From positions 10,044,001 through 10,108,000 of the forward strand of contig NC_043009.1 in the NCBI RefSeq assembly GCF_006345805.1: DNA of 64,000 nt, given 5' to 3'. Positions 1-12,491 of this stretch are shown here, piece by piece; position 1 is the first letter of the stretch, and the number at the start of each line of letters is the position of its first letter. Both the position numbers and the translations under genes were made by a program. The DNA is from Octopus sinensis. Lineage: Eukaryota. The notes under the pieces were generated by a model, which saw only the letters and a program-made list of their open reading frames with translations, searched no databases and was not told the DNA's origin.

Positions 1-216
1 CATATGGGGCTAAACATAGAGAGGACAAACAAGGACAGACGAAGGGATTAAGTCGATTACATTGTCTCCAGTGCGTAACTGGTAGTTAATTTATCCATCC
101 CGAAAGGATGAAAGACAAAGTCAACCTTGGCAGAATTTGAACTCAGAACGTAACAGCAGACGAAATACCGCTAAGCATTTCGACCAGCCTGCTAACGTTT
201 CTGCCAGCTCGCCACC
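1..216 (-). mobile_element. tRNA-derived SINE family A copy (3' end truncated by window edge)
   Basis: Reverse complement reads GGTGGCGAGCTGGCAGAAACGTTAGC...GTTCTGAGTTCAAATTC (A/B-box-like)...TTTCATCCTTTCGGGATGGATAAATTAACTACCAG; the same sequence recurs about 20 or more times in the window. Confidence 0.9.
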
Positions 217-804
217 TTATAAGAAGAAATGAGCCCTGCAATGTGGGGTTGCTGTTGCAGGGGGTGTTGCTGACCATTCTCTGCGGCAGTACCTATGCAA
301 TTATGTCTGCAAGAGGTAGCTGAACGCACCATTCAGACTGGTGTGTACAACCTGTTACTCCCACCCCAATATCTTTTAATGCCTGAAGTAAAAATATTTG
401 TCATCACCAGCCGTGTAATTTTCAGCCTGCTTCAGAGTCACTTTGTAACCCTCCAAATATTTTATTAAAAATTCAAGAAAGAAAAACTTATTGGTCACTT
501 ACTGTTTCTTCTGTTTATAACGATTTGGGATTAGTCAGCTGCTTGTGAGTATCTACTTGTGTATAGCTTTGTACTCTTATAATTTGAAAGTACAGTCTTG
601 TCTATCCTTTATGACAACACTGCACAACACTTGTGTATGCTTACAGTCGCTGAATTGTCGCAAGTCAGTAGAAGCTGTTGAAACGGAAATTGAACAGTAA
701 ATCAAAAGTCTTCCTTCATTATTGTAGTGTACCTTCAACGAAAAATTACCTTGAAGTGTTTAGTAGTGCAGCCTATCTTATGACGAGCCATACCTAATGT
801 GGTT

Positions 805-1090
805 GTGGAGGTGCAATGGCCCAGTGGTTAGGGCAGCGGACTCGCGGTTGGAGGATCGCGGTTTCGATTCCCAGACCGGGCGTTGTGTGTGTCTATTGAG
901 CGAAAACACCTAAAAACTGTGGTGGCGACCCCTGTTGTACTCTTTAGTCCCAATTTTCTCTTACTCTTTCTTCCTGCTTCTTAAGTAACGCTGCGATGGA
1001 CTGGTGTCCCGTCCAGCTGGGGGAAACACATACGCCATAGAAACCAGGAAAGTGGGTCCATGAGCCTGGCTAAGCTTGAAAAGGGCACAT
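805..1090 (+). mobile_element. tRNA-derived SINE family C with V-domain-like tail
   Basis: Head GTGGAGGTGCAATGGCCCAGTGGTTAGGGCAGCGG...GGTTTCGATTCCC (pol III A and B boxes); tail CTGCGATGGACTGGTGTCCCGTCCAG resembles the V-SINE domain (from memory). Confidence 0.85.
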
Positions 1091-1714
1091 AAAAAAAATA
1101 CTTAATGTGATCCACTGCTCGAAAGTGTGTCGTCCACGGCTGTTAAAAATCTTGAGAATTAGTAGAAAGTGGTGGGGGTGTGGTTGGAGGGGGTTGGGCG
1201 AGTAGGATATAAATGTAAGGGAGGTAACTCTCAAATATTGTAAGTTGAAACCGTAGCCGTGATATTGCAAGTTCAAATAGCTGCTTTTATTCTTTTGTAT
1301 TCTTGATTTCTGTGACACACAGCATGCCAAGCAATATGTCTTACCATTTTAATCCGGATTGCAATAAGGCATAAATTTCGGTTGGATGGAAAAGTTATAT
1401 TTAAAATTTTTAAAGCGAAAATCAGCCTAATTTCTATTCAACCTGGAGTCAAACTGTTAAAGGGAGTATTATCGTTTTGAAGTAGTGAATGTAATCTTCT
1501 GTCTAGTTTCACCTTAGTCCATTTAGTCCTTAGTGGCATTAATGGTGGGGAACAGTTTGTCGTGAGACTTTGGACCCGGTCTCGAGATTGCGAATGGGTG
1601 CTGCAGTTCCTTCTTTTTTGACAATGTAGTAGTAGTAGTAGTAGTAATAATGATGATGATGATGATAATAATAATAATAAAGTTTTAAAGTTTGGTCCAG
1701 GGTTAGCGATTTTA

Positions 1715-1870
1715 GAGAGAGTGCGTAACTGGTACTTAATTTATCGACCTCGAAAGGATGAAAGGCAAAGTCGACCTCGATGGAATTTGAACTCAGAACG
1801 TAGCAGCAGACGAAATACTGCAAAGCATTTCGCCCGGCGTGCTAACGTTTCTGCCAGCTCACCGCCTTTC
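1715..1870 (-). mobile_element. SINE family A, partial
   Basis: Matches the family A head and central domain. Confidence 0.85.
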
Positions 1871-2073
1871 ACAGTCAGGCTGTTCTGCTGATCGAATCAG
1901 CTGGAACACTCATTGTCATAAGTGTTGGAATATCAGTAATATCTACTGGGCACTGTGTTAAACCCTTCACTTCTACCGAGCTCTGTTACTGAAAGCCATT
2001 CGGCTTTCTTCTGTTTCTGTAGTTTACTACTATTTTTTGTGATTCTAAACTTTCTCTTTTGTTTTCTTTTCAG

Positions 2074-2214
2074 AAAAATAGAAAGAAGAATGCTTCCTCT
2101 AATTCTAAAAAATCTTTACCGAAGGAAACCAATAACTCGAAGAAAGCTGATAATAAACACATTTCGAAAGACTCTGTTGCATCTCGCCGCAAAACGCATG
2201 CAAAAAATCATTAA
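2074..2214 (+). CDS. Candidate terminal coding exon, Lys/Ser/Asn-rich (KNRKKNASSNSKKSLPKETNNSKKADNKHISKDSVASRRKTHAKNH*)
   Basis: Strong polypyrimidine acceptor TTTCTCTTTTGTTTTCTTTTCAG ending at 2073, 46 open codons if read in phase 0, TAA at 2212-2214, then about 1.2 kb of non-repetitive AT-rich UTR-like sequence with AATAAA near 3379. No homology recognised. Confidence 0.3.
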   Translation, partial: KNRKKNASSNSKKSLPKETNNSKKADNKHISKDSVASRRKTHAKNH

Positions 2215-3887
2215 CAAATTCCATATCTTAAGTTGTGTGTTCTCTTTCCCTCTGTTGCCAGTTGTAAAAAATATATATTTTTTAATTTCAGTTAAAATTT
2301 TGTTTATTTTTGTTATGTTTGTTTAGTTTCTATAGTTGTTTTTGATGATGCATCCTTCATCTCCATCTATTGATGATATTAATTGCCTATTTGGTGTATT
2401 CTTCAATGGTATCACAACTGCTATTAAAAAATACTATTAGATAAAGTGAACTGCTGTTAATGGTGGCCTTAAATGACAGTTATACGTTCTTGTCTCAAAA
2501 TCTATCGAAACCACAGCTCCAGATGTTCAAGATGTTGACTGAAACATTTGATATTCACCTTGTCTTCAAGATGCATTCCAGATGTTCAGTGACTTTCACT
2601 GACTCCAAGCTGTCAACCCTTATTCTACATTGACTGTTGAAGCATATGTGAATATACGAAATCTCTATATCAAAGCTTCAAGAATCCACAAGTTTTTTTA
2701 ATGTAGATGACAATTGAAGAAGTATATTCTGAGCATTTACATTTTTTTTTATGTGTGTGTCACACTTTTGAATATTTTCATTGTAGTTCAAATGTTAATA
2801 TACTTACCTTTGCCAAACTTCTTGTTATTCAAACAATTCATTGATGTTTCCATTTATGCAGTCATTTAATTTTTTTCAATAGCACATGTAAATTTACAAA
2901 GTATAATTCAATTTTTCTTGAGTGCATACAACCAAGGTGGACTCAAATATACCTACAGTTTTTGAAGATGGCTTTTTTGTGTTTATAGCATCTTCCCCTT
3001 ATTGTAGACTGTTCTTGTTGTTTGTTATATAGAAGTGGGGCTGGGATCAGTTAGAATTTCCCACTTTAGGTGGCTAGATAGTTTTACTGAAGCTAGGCTA
3101 GTGAAAACGACCCCGCTGCCTTCTCTGTGTGTGCAGCCGAAGGATATTCTGTACCACTGTTACATGTCCAGTGATATAACATGTAGTCCGTTCCGTTACT
3201 TTGGTCATCCATGACCGCTGGACCGGAGATAATTATTCCTTTTGCAATTATTTCTCCTTTTGTGATTGCAGTATAATTGAAATGATATATCTATATCAAG
3301 CTGATGGAATTTTCTGTTTTACTTTGGAAATAGATACCATTTTCCCTCAATTCTGCTCATTCATCAACTCTGCATTATAAATAAAAATTAATTAATGATC
3401 TAAATATTTTGTATGTCAAACATTTAATTAATTCCATTGTTTTAAGTTCATTGAGTTCCATCTCATTTCCGAAGTTGTATCTATTTGACAAAGAAGTTCT
3501 TGACACGACAATAAGGGTAGATCTTTCGAACAAAACCTCTTCACAAAGCTGTACTAAACAATTTCAACAAATTAATAAAATTAGTTACAAATTTTAAAAT
3601 CATTGGATTTTTTTCTTTTGAGAAAAAAACATTTCAATTTTCTTCCACTTGACTGCAATCTGTCTCTGCATCTCATTCTCTCTTTTTCTTTACCATCATC
3701 TATCTGTTAATTAGTGTCAACATAATTGATGTAGTGAGCAATGAAAAGCTAATTACAATTATGCAATAATGAAAAGACAACATGATGAACTCACTGACTG
3801 ATATTTTAATTATTTTGGCAATTATTGGAGACAACCGAGTCATTTCTTTCTGATTCATGCTTTAAAATAGGCTAATTTCCATACTTA

Positions 3888-4128
3888 GTGGAGGCGCGTG
3901 GCTTAATGGTTAGGGTTGTGGTTTCAATTCCTGGACTGGGCGATGCATTGTGTTCTTGAGCAAAACACTTCATTTCACGTTGCTTCAGTCCACTCAGCTG
4001 GCAAAAATGAGTAACGATGCGATGGACAGGCATCCCATCCAGCTGGGGAACACATATGCCACGGAAACCGGGAAACCGGGCCCATGAGCCTGGCTAGGTT
4101 TTAAAAGGGCGCATTCATTCATTCATTC
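3888..4128 (+). mobile_element. SINE with C-type tRNA head, CORE-like middle and V-like tail; 14-bp TSD
   Basis: TSD AATTTCCATACTTA at 3874-3887 and 4129-4142; ends in (ATTC)n. Confidence 0.85.
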
Positions 4129-4394
4129 AATTTCCATACTTAAATTATATACATTGTTTACGCCCTCCTCAACTGATAAATCCTCCCCTCCTGTCTTATT
4201 TTTTTCTTTCTACAATAAACCTTACTCTGTCTGTCTGTCTCTGTCTCTCTCTCCTCCCCCTCTCTTTCTCTCTCCTTTCATACATTTTGGTAAAGGAGAA
4301 AACTATTTTTGTCCTTTGTATTTTGAAGGACATGGTTTGAAACTGGGAAATTCTTCTTCAGTGGCATATGAATTAGAAAAAGGAAAATGGCTGT

Positions 4395-4515
4395 GTGGCT
4401 AAGAACATCACATTCTAACCGCATGGTTTCAGGTTCAATCTCATTACATGCTACCTTGGGCAAGTGTTTTCTATAGCCTCAGACTGATGAATTTGGTAGA
4501 CAAAAACTACCTAAG
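4395..4515 (+). mobile_element. SINE family B, degenerate 5' part
   Basis: TGGCTGTGTGGCTAAG...GGTTCAATC...CCTTGGGCAAGTGTTTTCTATAGCC. Confidence 0.7.
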
Positions 4516-4577
4516 GCTTGTCATATATATAAATATATATACATACACATATGCATATATAGATATACATACACATA

Positions 4578-4893
4578 GATATCACCGTGATCACTGTGAC
4601 CGATCAGGCTATCAGATGTTGCTACACATCGCTGGTCACAATGCACTTCGCATTGTTTTAGCCTTCAAATGACGCCACCCCGCTGGCTAAGCGAGCAGGC
4701 CAACAGAAGAAAAAGTGAGAGAAAGTTGTGGCGAAAGAGTACAGCAGGGATCACCACCACCCCTTGCCCGAGCCTCGTGGTGTTTTAGGTGTTTTCGCTG
4801 AATAAACACTCACAACACCCGGTCTGGGAATCAAAACTACAATCCTACAACCAAGAGTCTGCTGCCCTAACCACTGGGCCATTGTGCATCCAC
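4578..4893 (-). mobile_element. SINE family C with alternative tail
   Basis: Family C head at about 4790-4893; tail GTTGGCCTGCTCGCTTAGCCAGCGGGGTGGCGTCATTTGAAGG differs from the other C copies. Confidence 0.85.
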
Positions 4894-4964
4894 TCACATA
4901 TATATATATTCATATACATAGAAATTCATACACACATGTGTGTATATATATGGTGATTGCTCTA

Positions 4965-5260
4965 TCTTCACAGATGATTGCATCTCCTTGTGCTCCCTTA
5001 TTGTCAATAGCATTTCTGACTTTCCATCCATGACCTCTCAGATGACAATTGAGTCGCATTACAGATTTGTATGGCTTGAAGCATAGGTGACAGACAAAAG
5101 TTACAACTTGTTGTGCACTTCCAACTGACTCGGTCAGCACACGTCACCACTCTTTCATTACCACAGGACTTTCAGTAGATGGAATGGCAAATGAGGTCAT
5201 CATAAAAGACATCCATATTCCATTGGTTTATGAGTGCTACTCTGAGTAACCGTAATTAGT
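4965..5260 (-). mobile_element. RTE-clade LINE 3' end remnant
   Basis: Translation includes TFVCHLCFKPYKSVMRLNCHLRGHG, the C-x2-C...H motif typical of RTE ORF C-termini; degenerate upstream. Confidence 0.65.
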
Positions 5261-5944
5261 ACCTAGTGATAAGCTGAAATAAGATGACTAGTAATTATAT
5301 GAAACAATAGGTTTTTTTACATTAGAGTATCGTTCCCTTAGAAGGATTCTATGACAACAGCTAGGGGTCCCTGACTTCTAATGGCTTTACTTTTCGTCCT
5401 GACATCAACCTAAGGATTTTCTGTATCCCTAATTGATCTCACTTCTTATTTTTATAAGTCTTTCTGTTTGTTTTTCTCCACCCTTCACTTGGCAATGGGT
5501 GTTAGTTTGTTTACATTCCATCATGTAGCAGTTCAGCAAAAGAGACTAGTAGGGGTCAATTTCTTCTACTAAACCCTTCGAGGCTCTGGGCGCTCCAGCA
5601 TGGTCACAGACTAAAACAAGTAAGAAATAAAAGATTACAATAAAACAATTATTTTGCTGATACTGGTGACAATCTAAATCTCTCTGGATACTGTAATTTT
5701 TACTTATAGAATGATTGTTTCATCAATGCTTTTTCAGCAAGTACGGGAAGTAGTTTTCACTGAGGAGGTATAATAATATCGAAGCATGTCTGGAATTGTC
5801 TCTCCTTGTGAAAAGATTAAAATATCAGTTACTAAACTCTCTTTTCCTCGTCACGTAATTATTTTTAGGCAGGTTTTTTAATGTTTATTTAATTAGATAT
5901 GTGAACTCTATCTAAATTTGCTTTCTCATCTTGTTGTTTGTTCC

Positions 5945-6212
5945 TTCTCAAGCCACGCCTGGCTCATAAGGGCCGGTTTCCCGGTTTCCTTGGTGTATAG
6001 GTTCCCCACATGGACAGGACACCTGTCTGTCGCAGGTGAGCTGCAAGAGGAAAGAGCGAGAGAAAGTTGTGGTGAAAGAGTCAGAAGTTCGCCATTACCT
6101 TCTGTCGGTGCCGCGTGGAGCTCAGGTGTTTTGCACATAAACTCACACATCACTCGGTCTGAGTTTCGAACCCGCGAGTCTGCTGCTCTAACAACTAGGC
6201 TATGTGCCTCCA
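5945..6212 (-). mobile_element. Diverged family C-type SINE with V-like tail
   Basis: Reverse complement begins GTGGAGGCACATAGCCTAGTTGTTAGAGCAGCAGACTCGCGGGTTCGAAAC; tail CTGCGACAGACAGGTGTCCTGTCCATG. Confidence 0.75.
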
Positions 6213-6261
6213 CGCTTTCTCATCTTAGTGATTCGTATTCTAAAAATGTTTCTCTATATAC

Positions 6262-6409
6262 GCATATGTGGGTGTGTAGTAAAAAGCTTGCTTCTCAACC
6301 ACAAGGTTTTGGGTTCAGTCCTATTGCATGACACCATGGGCAAGTGTCTTCTGCTGTGGCCCCAAGCCAATCAAATCTTGGTGAGTGGATTTGGTAGATA
6401 GAGACTGAA

Positions 6410-6443
<34 letters not shown>

Positions 6444-6620
6444 CCGCCACCAGTTGGCAAGTGGTGTTGGCTTGTTTACATTCCTGTAAATTAGCAGTTT
6501 GGCATAAGAAACCACAATAAGTACCAGGCTAAAAAAAAATAAAACCGAAAAACAAACGAGTTCTGTGGTCAGTCTGTTTGGTTAGACCTTTGAAAGCAGT
6601 GTCCCAGGATGGCTACAGAC
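6262..6620 (+). mobile_element. SINE family B with internal (GT)n
   Basis: tRNA-like head, CORE-like CATGGGCAAGTGTCTT, internal microsatellite and conserved 3' half. Confidence 0.8.
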
Positions 6621-6795
6621 CAATGATTGGAACCCCGCTCTGTGCTTTCCTCCTTTCTTAGTAGGAAAACCCAGAAAAAAATTTTCTGTTCTTTAGTCAG
6701 AAGGAGAAGATGCAGACCCTAATGTCCTTTCTAAAATCTCATCTTTAGGTCAGCCGCGAATGGATTTCAAGCCATAGCTACCTCATCTCTTATTC

Positions 6796-7274
6796 TTATT
6801 TCTTTATTGCCCACAGGGGGCTAAACGCAGAGGGAACAAGCAAGGACAGACAAAAGGGTTAAGTCGATTATATCGACCCCAGTGCGTAACTGGTACTTAT
6901 TTAATCGACCCCGAAATGATGAAAGGCAAAGTCGACCTCGGCGGAATTTGAACTCAGAACGTAGCGGCAGACGAAATACCTACTTCTTTACTACTCACAA
7001 GGGGCTAAACACAGAGAGGACAAACAAGGACAGACAAACGGATTAAGTCGATTATATCGACCCCAGTGCATCACTGGTACTTATTTAATCGACCCCGAAA
7101 GGATGAAAAGCAAAGTCGACCTCGACGGAATTTGAACTCAGAACGTAATGGCAGACGAAATACCTGTTTCTTTACTACTTATTTAATCGACCCCGAAAGG
7201 ATGAAAGGCAAAAAAGACGAAATACGGTAACGCATTTCGCCCGGCGTGCTAACGTTTCTGCCAGCACACCGCCT
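6796..7274 (-). mobile_element. SINE family A head-to-tail multimer (about 2.5 units)
   Basis: Repeated units joined at ...GCAGACGAAATAC|CTACTTCTTTACTAC... Confidence 0.9.
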
Positions 7275-7636
7275 ATTCAGCTCGCCTCGTCTCTTATTCT
7301 GGTTTATATTACGTTGTCTTTTCCTCACTGCATAACAATAATTTTTAATCAACATTTTGATGTTCACTGCATTTCGACGGATATCGTTCTGATGTTCTAT
7401 CGGGGTTAATATAATGATTAATATCATGGTAACAGTTTTTAAAAGTATGCTTAAGAATCGTTGCTCCCTTGGTTTGAAGGAGACTTGATTACTCTGGCAA
7501 GTCGACTAATCACATTAGAACTCTCTCCTCTATTTTTGGTAGTGATAGTTGATGCAGATGATGTTCTGTGGGTTACAGTTTGTTCGAGCCTAAGAATGTC
7601 CGGAGGAAACTTCGGATGACAGTATAAAGTATTTAA

Positions 7637-8046
7637 GGCGGCGAGCTGGCAGAAACGTTAGCACGCCGGGCGAAATGCTTTGCGGTATTTCGTCTATCTT
7701 TATGTTCTGAGTTCAAATTCCGCCGAGGACGACTTTGCCTTTCATCCTTTCGAGGTTGATAAATTAAGTTACGCCCTGGGCTCGATGTAATCGACTTAAT
7801 CCGGTTGTCTGTCCTTGTTTGTCCCCTCTGTGTTTAGCCCCTTGTGGGTAGTAAAGAAATAGGTATTTCGTCTGCCGTTACGTTCTGAGTTCAAATTCCG
7901 CTGAGGTCGACTTTGCCTTTCATCCTTTCCGGGTCGATAAACTAATTACCAGTTATGCACTGGGGTTGATGTAATTGACTTAATCCCTTTGTCTGTCCTC
8001 GTTTGTCTCCTCTATGTTTAGCCCCTTGTGGGTAGTAAAGAAATTA
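7637..8046 (+). mobile_element. SINE family A dimer with TSD
   Basis: Two units joined at AAAGAAATAG|GTATTTCGTCTG; AAGTATTTAA at 7627-7636 and 8052-8061. Confidence 0.9.
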
Positions 8047-8331
8047 ATATTAAGTATTTAAAAAGGATAAAAAAAACGAACTAAGGGACATAACTCCTTG
8101 TTTTATAAGTGAAACTATATCGTGGCACGTTGAATTGCAAGAGATGAAAGGAGACGGTGTGCAGCTTGCATTTGAGAGGAGCTGTTGCCGTTTAGCACCG
8201 GATCTCATCTGACCGTGAAAACGTTCCATCCATAACCACCCCATCTTATTTTCGGACACGGTGTACTCTGCATGACGTAATCCATTGCAAAACTTTCTTT
8301 TAAGGCGTGGTGGTGATTTTCAAGAAAATTT

Positions 8332-8766
8332 GGATCTTTTCGGTTTGAACGGCAGTTTTTTCTAGCGGTGTCATATGAAATTGTCACCCATAATTATGAC
8401 CCTTGTATCGATCTATTGTATTTCAATCTGTTTTAGGGTTTGGGTTAGTTAGGGTTTGAGTTCGGGGTGAGGGGAAGGGTATCTTTTTTTTCCTTCAGAA
8501 ATGTAAATAAACCCAATCTGTTTCTTAAACGAGGGTCATATTCATACGGCACAGAATGTTTTTTTTACCTCAATAGACGTAGTTGATTGGTTGAAATTGT
8601 AGAAATTGAAGAAGAAACAACAAATATCTTACAAACTATAGAATTTTCTCAATAAAGCCAAGAGAAAAAGATGTTTTATAAATACATTCTACCAGTATAC
8701 GAAGTTTAAAATTTTTTAGTTACCTAGAAATTATGTCAAAAACTGCCGTTCAAACCGAAAAGATCC
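8332..8766. mobile_element. MITE with about 29-bp TIRs and 8-bp TSD (Merlin-like), internal telomere-like repeats
   Basis: TIR GGATCTTTTCGGTTTGAACGGCAGTTTTT / AAAAACTGCCGTTCAAACCGAAAAGATCC; TSD GAAAATTT at 8324-8331 and 8767-8774; degenerate TTAGGG-type units near 8435-8475. Confidence 0.85.
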
Positions 8767-9189
8767 GAAAATTTTGTTGCTTTTTATAGTATATCAATCC
8801 ACCCTACAAGAGCTTTCCACATTTGCTCATTAAGCCGTTGAAGTAAAAGTGAAGGACAGAGCAGAAACAATGAATTTATATCATTCAGCGGGATGGCCAT
8901 TTAAATAACGTGGTTTGTGCGGATAATCTGACGACATATTTAGTTGCTTTTGAACGGGGTAACCTCAACGTGGTCGCTTGACCAATGATATCTAGCTGTC
9001 CCTTACTCCTTCCTCCGTTACAGTTTTAAGCTTAAAATAGTGCATAATAATACACTAGGCAAAATCATACGGAAAGAAGGGTGAGTCATGGATGGAACGC
9101 TTTTGCTCATAAGTGCTTGTACGAGCAGGAATGGGTGTGTGGTCAAGAATTTCGTTTTTCATGTAGTTCTGATTTCAGTCCTACTGTGC

Positions 9190-9680
9190 GACAAATGGAT
9201 TAAGTCGATTATATCGATCCCAGTGCGTAACTGGTACGTATTTAATCGACCCCTAAAGGATGAAAGGCAAAGTCGACCTCGGCGGAATTTGAACTCGGAA
9301 CGTAGCGGCAGATGAAATACCTATTTCTTTACTACCCACAAGGGGCTAAACACAGAGAGAACAAACAAGGACAAACAAACGGATTAAGTCGATTATATCG
9401 ACCCCGAAAGGATGAAAGGCAAAGTCGACCTCGGCGGAATTTGAACTCGGAACGTAACGGCAGACGAAATACCTATTTCTTTACTACCCACAAGGGGCTA
9501 AACACAGAGAGAACAAACAAGGACAAACAAACGGATTAAGTCGATTATATCGACCCCGAAAGGATGAAAGGCAAAGTCGACCTCGGCGGAATTTGAACTC
9601 GGAACGTAGCGGCAGACGAAATACCTATTTCTTTACTACCCACAAGGGGCTAAACACAGAAGGAACAAATAAGGACAGAC
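9190..9680 (-). mobile_element. SINE family A multimer (about 3 units, two with an identical internal deletion)
   Basis: About 154-bp units repeated with the same junction; both short units lack the CAGTGCGTAACTGGTACTTATTTAATCGACCC segment. Confidence 0.9.
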
Positions 9681-9919
9681 CAATTCTCCTTCACGTTAGT
9701 CTCATGCTCTGTTGTTTGGTGGATGCAGAAAAAATTGCAACTGAATGTCTCTCGATAAACATTCAGCTCACATTTAAATGTGTGTTTCATAAGCCTAAAA
9801 TTACCAGCAAATCAACGAATAGTTATTGATGAGATGTCTTTTAAGATGGTTGTATTCAGCCAACAAATTAATTTTTTATCATAGTTCTTGAGACAATGAC
9901 AAAGGAATTCAGGACTGGG

Positions 9920-10400
9920 TATTATTGGGGCGTTTTATATGCTGATGATTTATTTGGCCCTTGTAAAATATGTTGAAGAGATTTTAATAAAGCTGCAATA
10001 TCTCCCATATTCCAGAACCTCATTTGTGCCAAATGTAAAGAAATAGCAATTGAATCCTTGATGAAACGAAGCCAATGAACTGCTCCCATAACTTGTGAAA
10101 GGTTGTAGATAGTCACCGTTTCATGGGTGATCTTAATGCAGAATGTGGTTGCAGTGAAACGAGAAAGAAGTTAAAAAAAGAAAGATGAAGTGAATGAAGT
10201 TTAGGTAGATCTTGCTCCGGATATTGTTATCAACGAAGAGCACACAAGAGAGACTGTGTGGAACATGTGTAAGAAGATTGATTCGATGAGATACGTTGGA
10301 TATACAATGCAACCCATGCATTGAGAGCATTGGCCAATGCATGTAGGACAGACAACTGTTTATAGAATATGAAATGTTACTATATAGATTGCGTGGACAT
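9920..10400 (+). mobile_element. Highly degenerate RTE-like reverse transcriptase remnant
   Basis: TTATATGCTGATGATTTA = LYADDL; downstream words resemble the RTE motifs VDSFRYLGD and LHGSETW, with many frameshifts. Confidence 0.45.
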
Positions 10401-10619
10401 AGAACATAAATAGACATGTAAAAAGTACTGTATGGTTACAAGGTTATAAGTACAAGGGAGCCACTTACAACATTTCATCTATTCTTTCACAAATTTGTAC
10501 CGAAGTTAGAAATGAATGAGGAAGATATGAATTTCTCACCGAATGGCTGAGGCTCCCTAATCCTACCTGTAACAGAATACTTCTTAGTTTCTGAATATAG
10601 TCGTTGGTTGGAAACGAAA

Positions 10620-10791
10620 ACTTATTTTCAGTCACATTGTTTCTCTCCTTTTTTTTTTCTGTGTCCCTTTCTGTAGAAGAGCGTAGGCTCGAAATGTCAA
10701 AGACTTTTTCTATTCCTGAGCGTTATACTAATACATCTGTTTGTTTTGTACACCACCTGTCTTCGTCTTTTGTTTTTTTTCGTAAACTCTC

Positions 10792-10795
<4 letters not shown>
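10620..10795 (+). mobile_element. Short Penelope-like terminal repeat with hammerhead-like motif (family iv)
   Basis: CTTT-CTGTAGA-A-GAGC-GTAG-GCTC-GAAAT-GTC-AAAG at 10667-10702; second copy at 13385-13530; followed by (TA)n. Confidence 0.6.
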
Positions 10796-10844
<49 letters not shown>

Positions 10845-10849
10845 GAAGT

Positions 10850-11085
10850 GTAAAGACCCCCTTCGGTCATGAATGACCATGGGATTGTACGTAGAAAGTT
10901 GCTCTCCGAGGCACAAGTCCAAGCAAGGTTGTTTATGGAAGACCAGCAGTCGCCCATGCATACCAGCTTCCCCTCTCCATGCCACCGATGTTATCCAAGG
11001 GAAAGGCAAAAACTGATACAACTTGGTATTAGTGAAGTTGCAACTCATATTCTATAGCTGAGTGAACTGGAACTACGTGAAATAA
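10850..11085 (-). mobile_element. Fourth SINE-like repeat, 3' part
   Basis: GACCCCCTTCGGTCATGAATGACCATGGGATTG...GAGTGAACTGGAACTACGTGAAATAAAG, recalled as a common octopus repeat; only one copy here. Confidence 0.55.
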
Positions 11086-11130
11086 AGGAATCGAACTCAC
11101 TATTGTGAGCCATCCGCCTTCACCCCCTCA

Positions 11131-11206
<76 letters not shown>

Positions 11207-12087
11207 GTGTGTGTGTGCCGAACTATATTATTTAGCGTGTATTATTTTGGACTATAGTGTCACTGAGATCAACTTGGCCTGTCAATCTTTCGCGGTCGAT
11301 GAAATAAAGTATCAGTCACTCACTGGGGTCGATGTAATCGACTATCACTCTCCCCATAAAATTCCTGACCTTTTGTCGAAATTTGAAACCATTATTTTGA
11401 ACTATAAATTTATGTATTGAAATATATGGTTCGATTTTAATATATCGAGTTATATATATTTATCTATAATAAAGTCGACCTCGGCGGAATTTGAACGCAC
11501 AACCTAAGGACGGGAAAAAATGCCTCGAAGCATCTCGCCCGGTGTACTAACGATTCACCGCTTTAAATACATCTATGATATATTGAAGTATGATATTTAA
11601 TGCATCCTATTATGATTGCAAAGTCATTAAACAGATTTTGCTGCTATTTTTAGCTAACCGAGCAATCGCCTAAAGGCTCCCTTTATTTTTTTGTTGTGCG
11701 TGTGATTGTGTGTGTGTAATTGGTAAAACTGAACGAAAATTGAACTAAGGTACATTGAAAGGTAGGAAAGGAGAAAGTAAGCGTTGTTTAATCAATGTCT
11801 GTGGTTGACAGCTTAGAACTCTCATCAGATATGAAAAAGGAGTTAAGACGAAAGAGTTACCGCCCCTGCATTAACTATTTATCAGTTGCTCGTTATAAAA
11901 TCTGTGACACTTTCGCTCTTATTTCCCAATAAATTGATTAACTGTTGGCTTCTTATATAGCTTTAAGGTCGGGAAAATGCATTTAAAATATAACTGAAAT
12001 TAAATTAAGTTCAACAACAACGGAATCTATACAAAGGTTATTTCTCCTTTTACAACATTCACAATTTAGTAAGATAAACATGAAAAG

Positions 12088-12491
12088 TCTTTATATATAA
12101 AAGTCAAGTTGTGTGTCTGTCTGTCTCCTACGATTTAGATTCCTAACTACTCCCACATTTTGCGGTGCAGTGTAACCAAAAGCGGGTATCTTATAGTCGT
12201 GATTCATATCGAGCCCTTCTGGGTATTAGCGCGCGTCTACGATGAGTCTACAATTTTAAAAATAATTTACCATCATTTTTTTCCATTTTAATGCATTTTT
12301 TCGCGATTATATAAGGGAAGTAACTCTCTAAAAATGTCTACGATGAGTCAACGATTTCAAAAAATAATTTACCATCATTTTTTTTCCATTTTTAATGCAT
12401 CTTTTTTGCTATTTTTTGGCTATAACTCTCTAAAAATGCTTATATAGTTATTTCCCTTACAAATCCGAGCAACGCCGGGCGATACTGCTAG
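12088..12491 (+). mobile_element. Non-autonomous Helitron, copy 1
   Basis: 5' TC(TTTATATATAAAAG); subterminal hairpin CCGAGCAACGCCGGG; 3' CTAG followed by T; no TSD; internal about 100-bp tandem duplication. Confidence 0.8.

Noticed and set aside
1955-2326. 123-aa track ORF
   Set aside because: Starts at a non-ATG codon and runs through a polypyrimidine tract; a spliced exon in another frame explains the region better
2801-2853. Minus-strand ATG...AAAG|GTAAGTA mini-exon (METSMNCLNNKKFGK)
   Set aside because: The donor motif alone is common by chance; no acceptor, partner exon or homology
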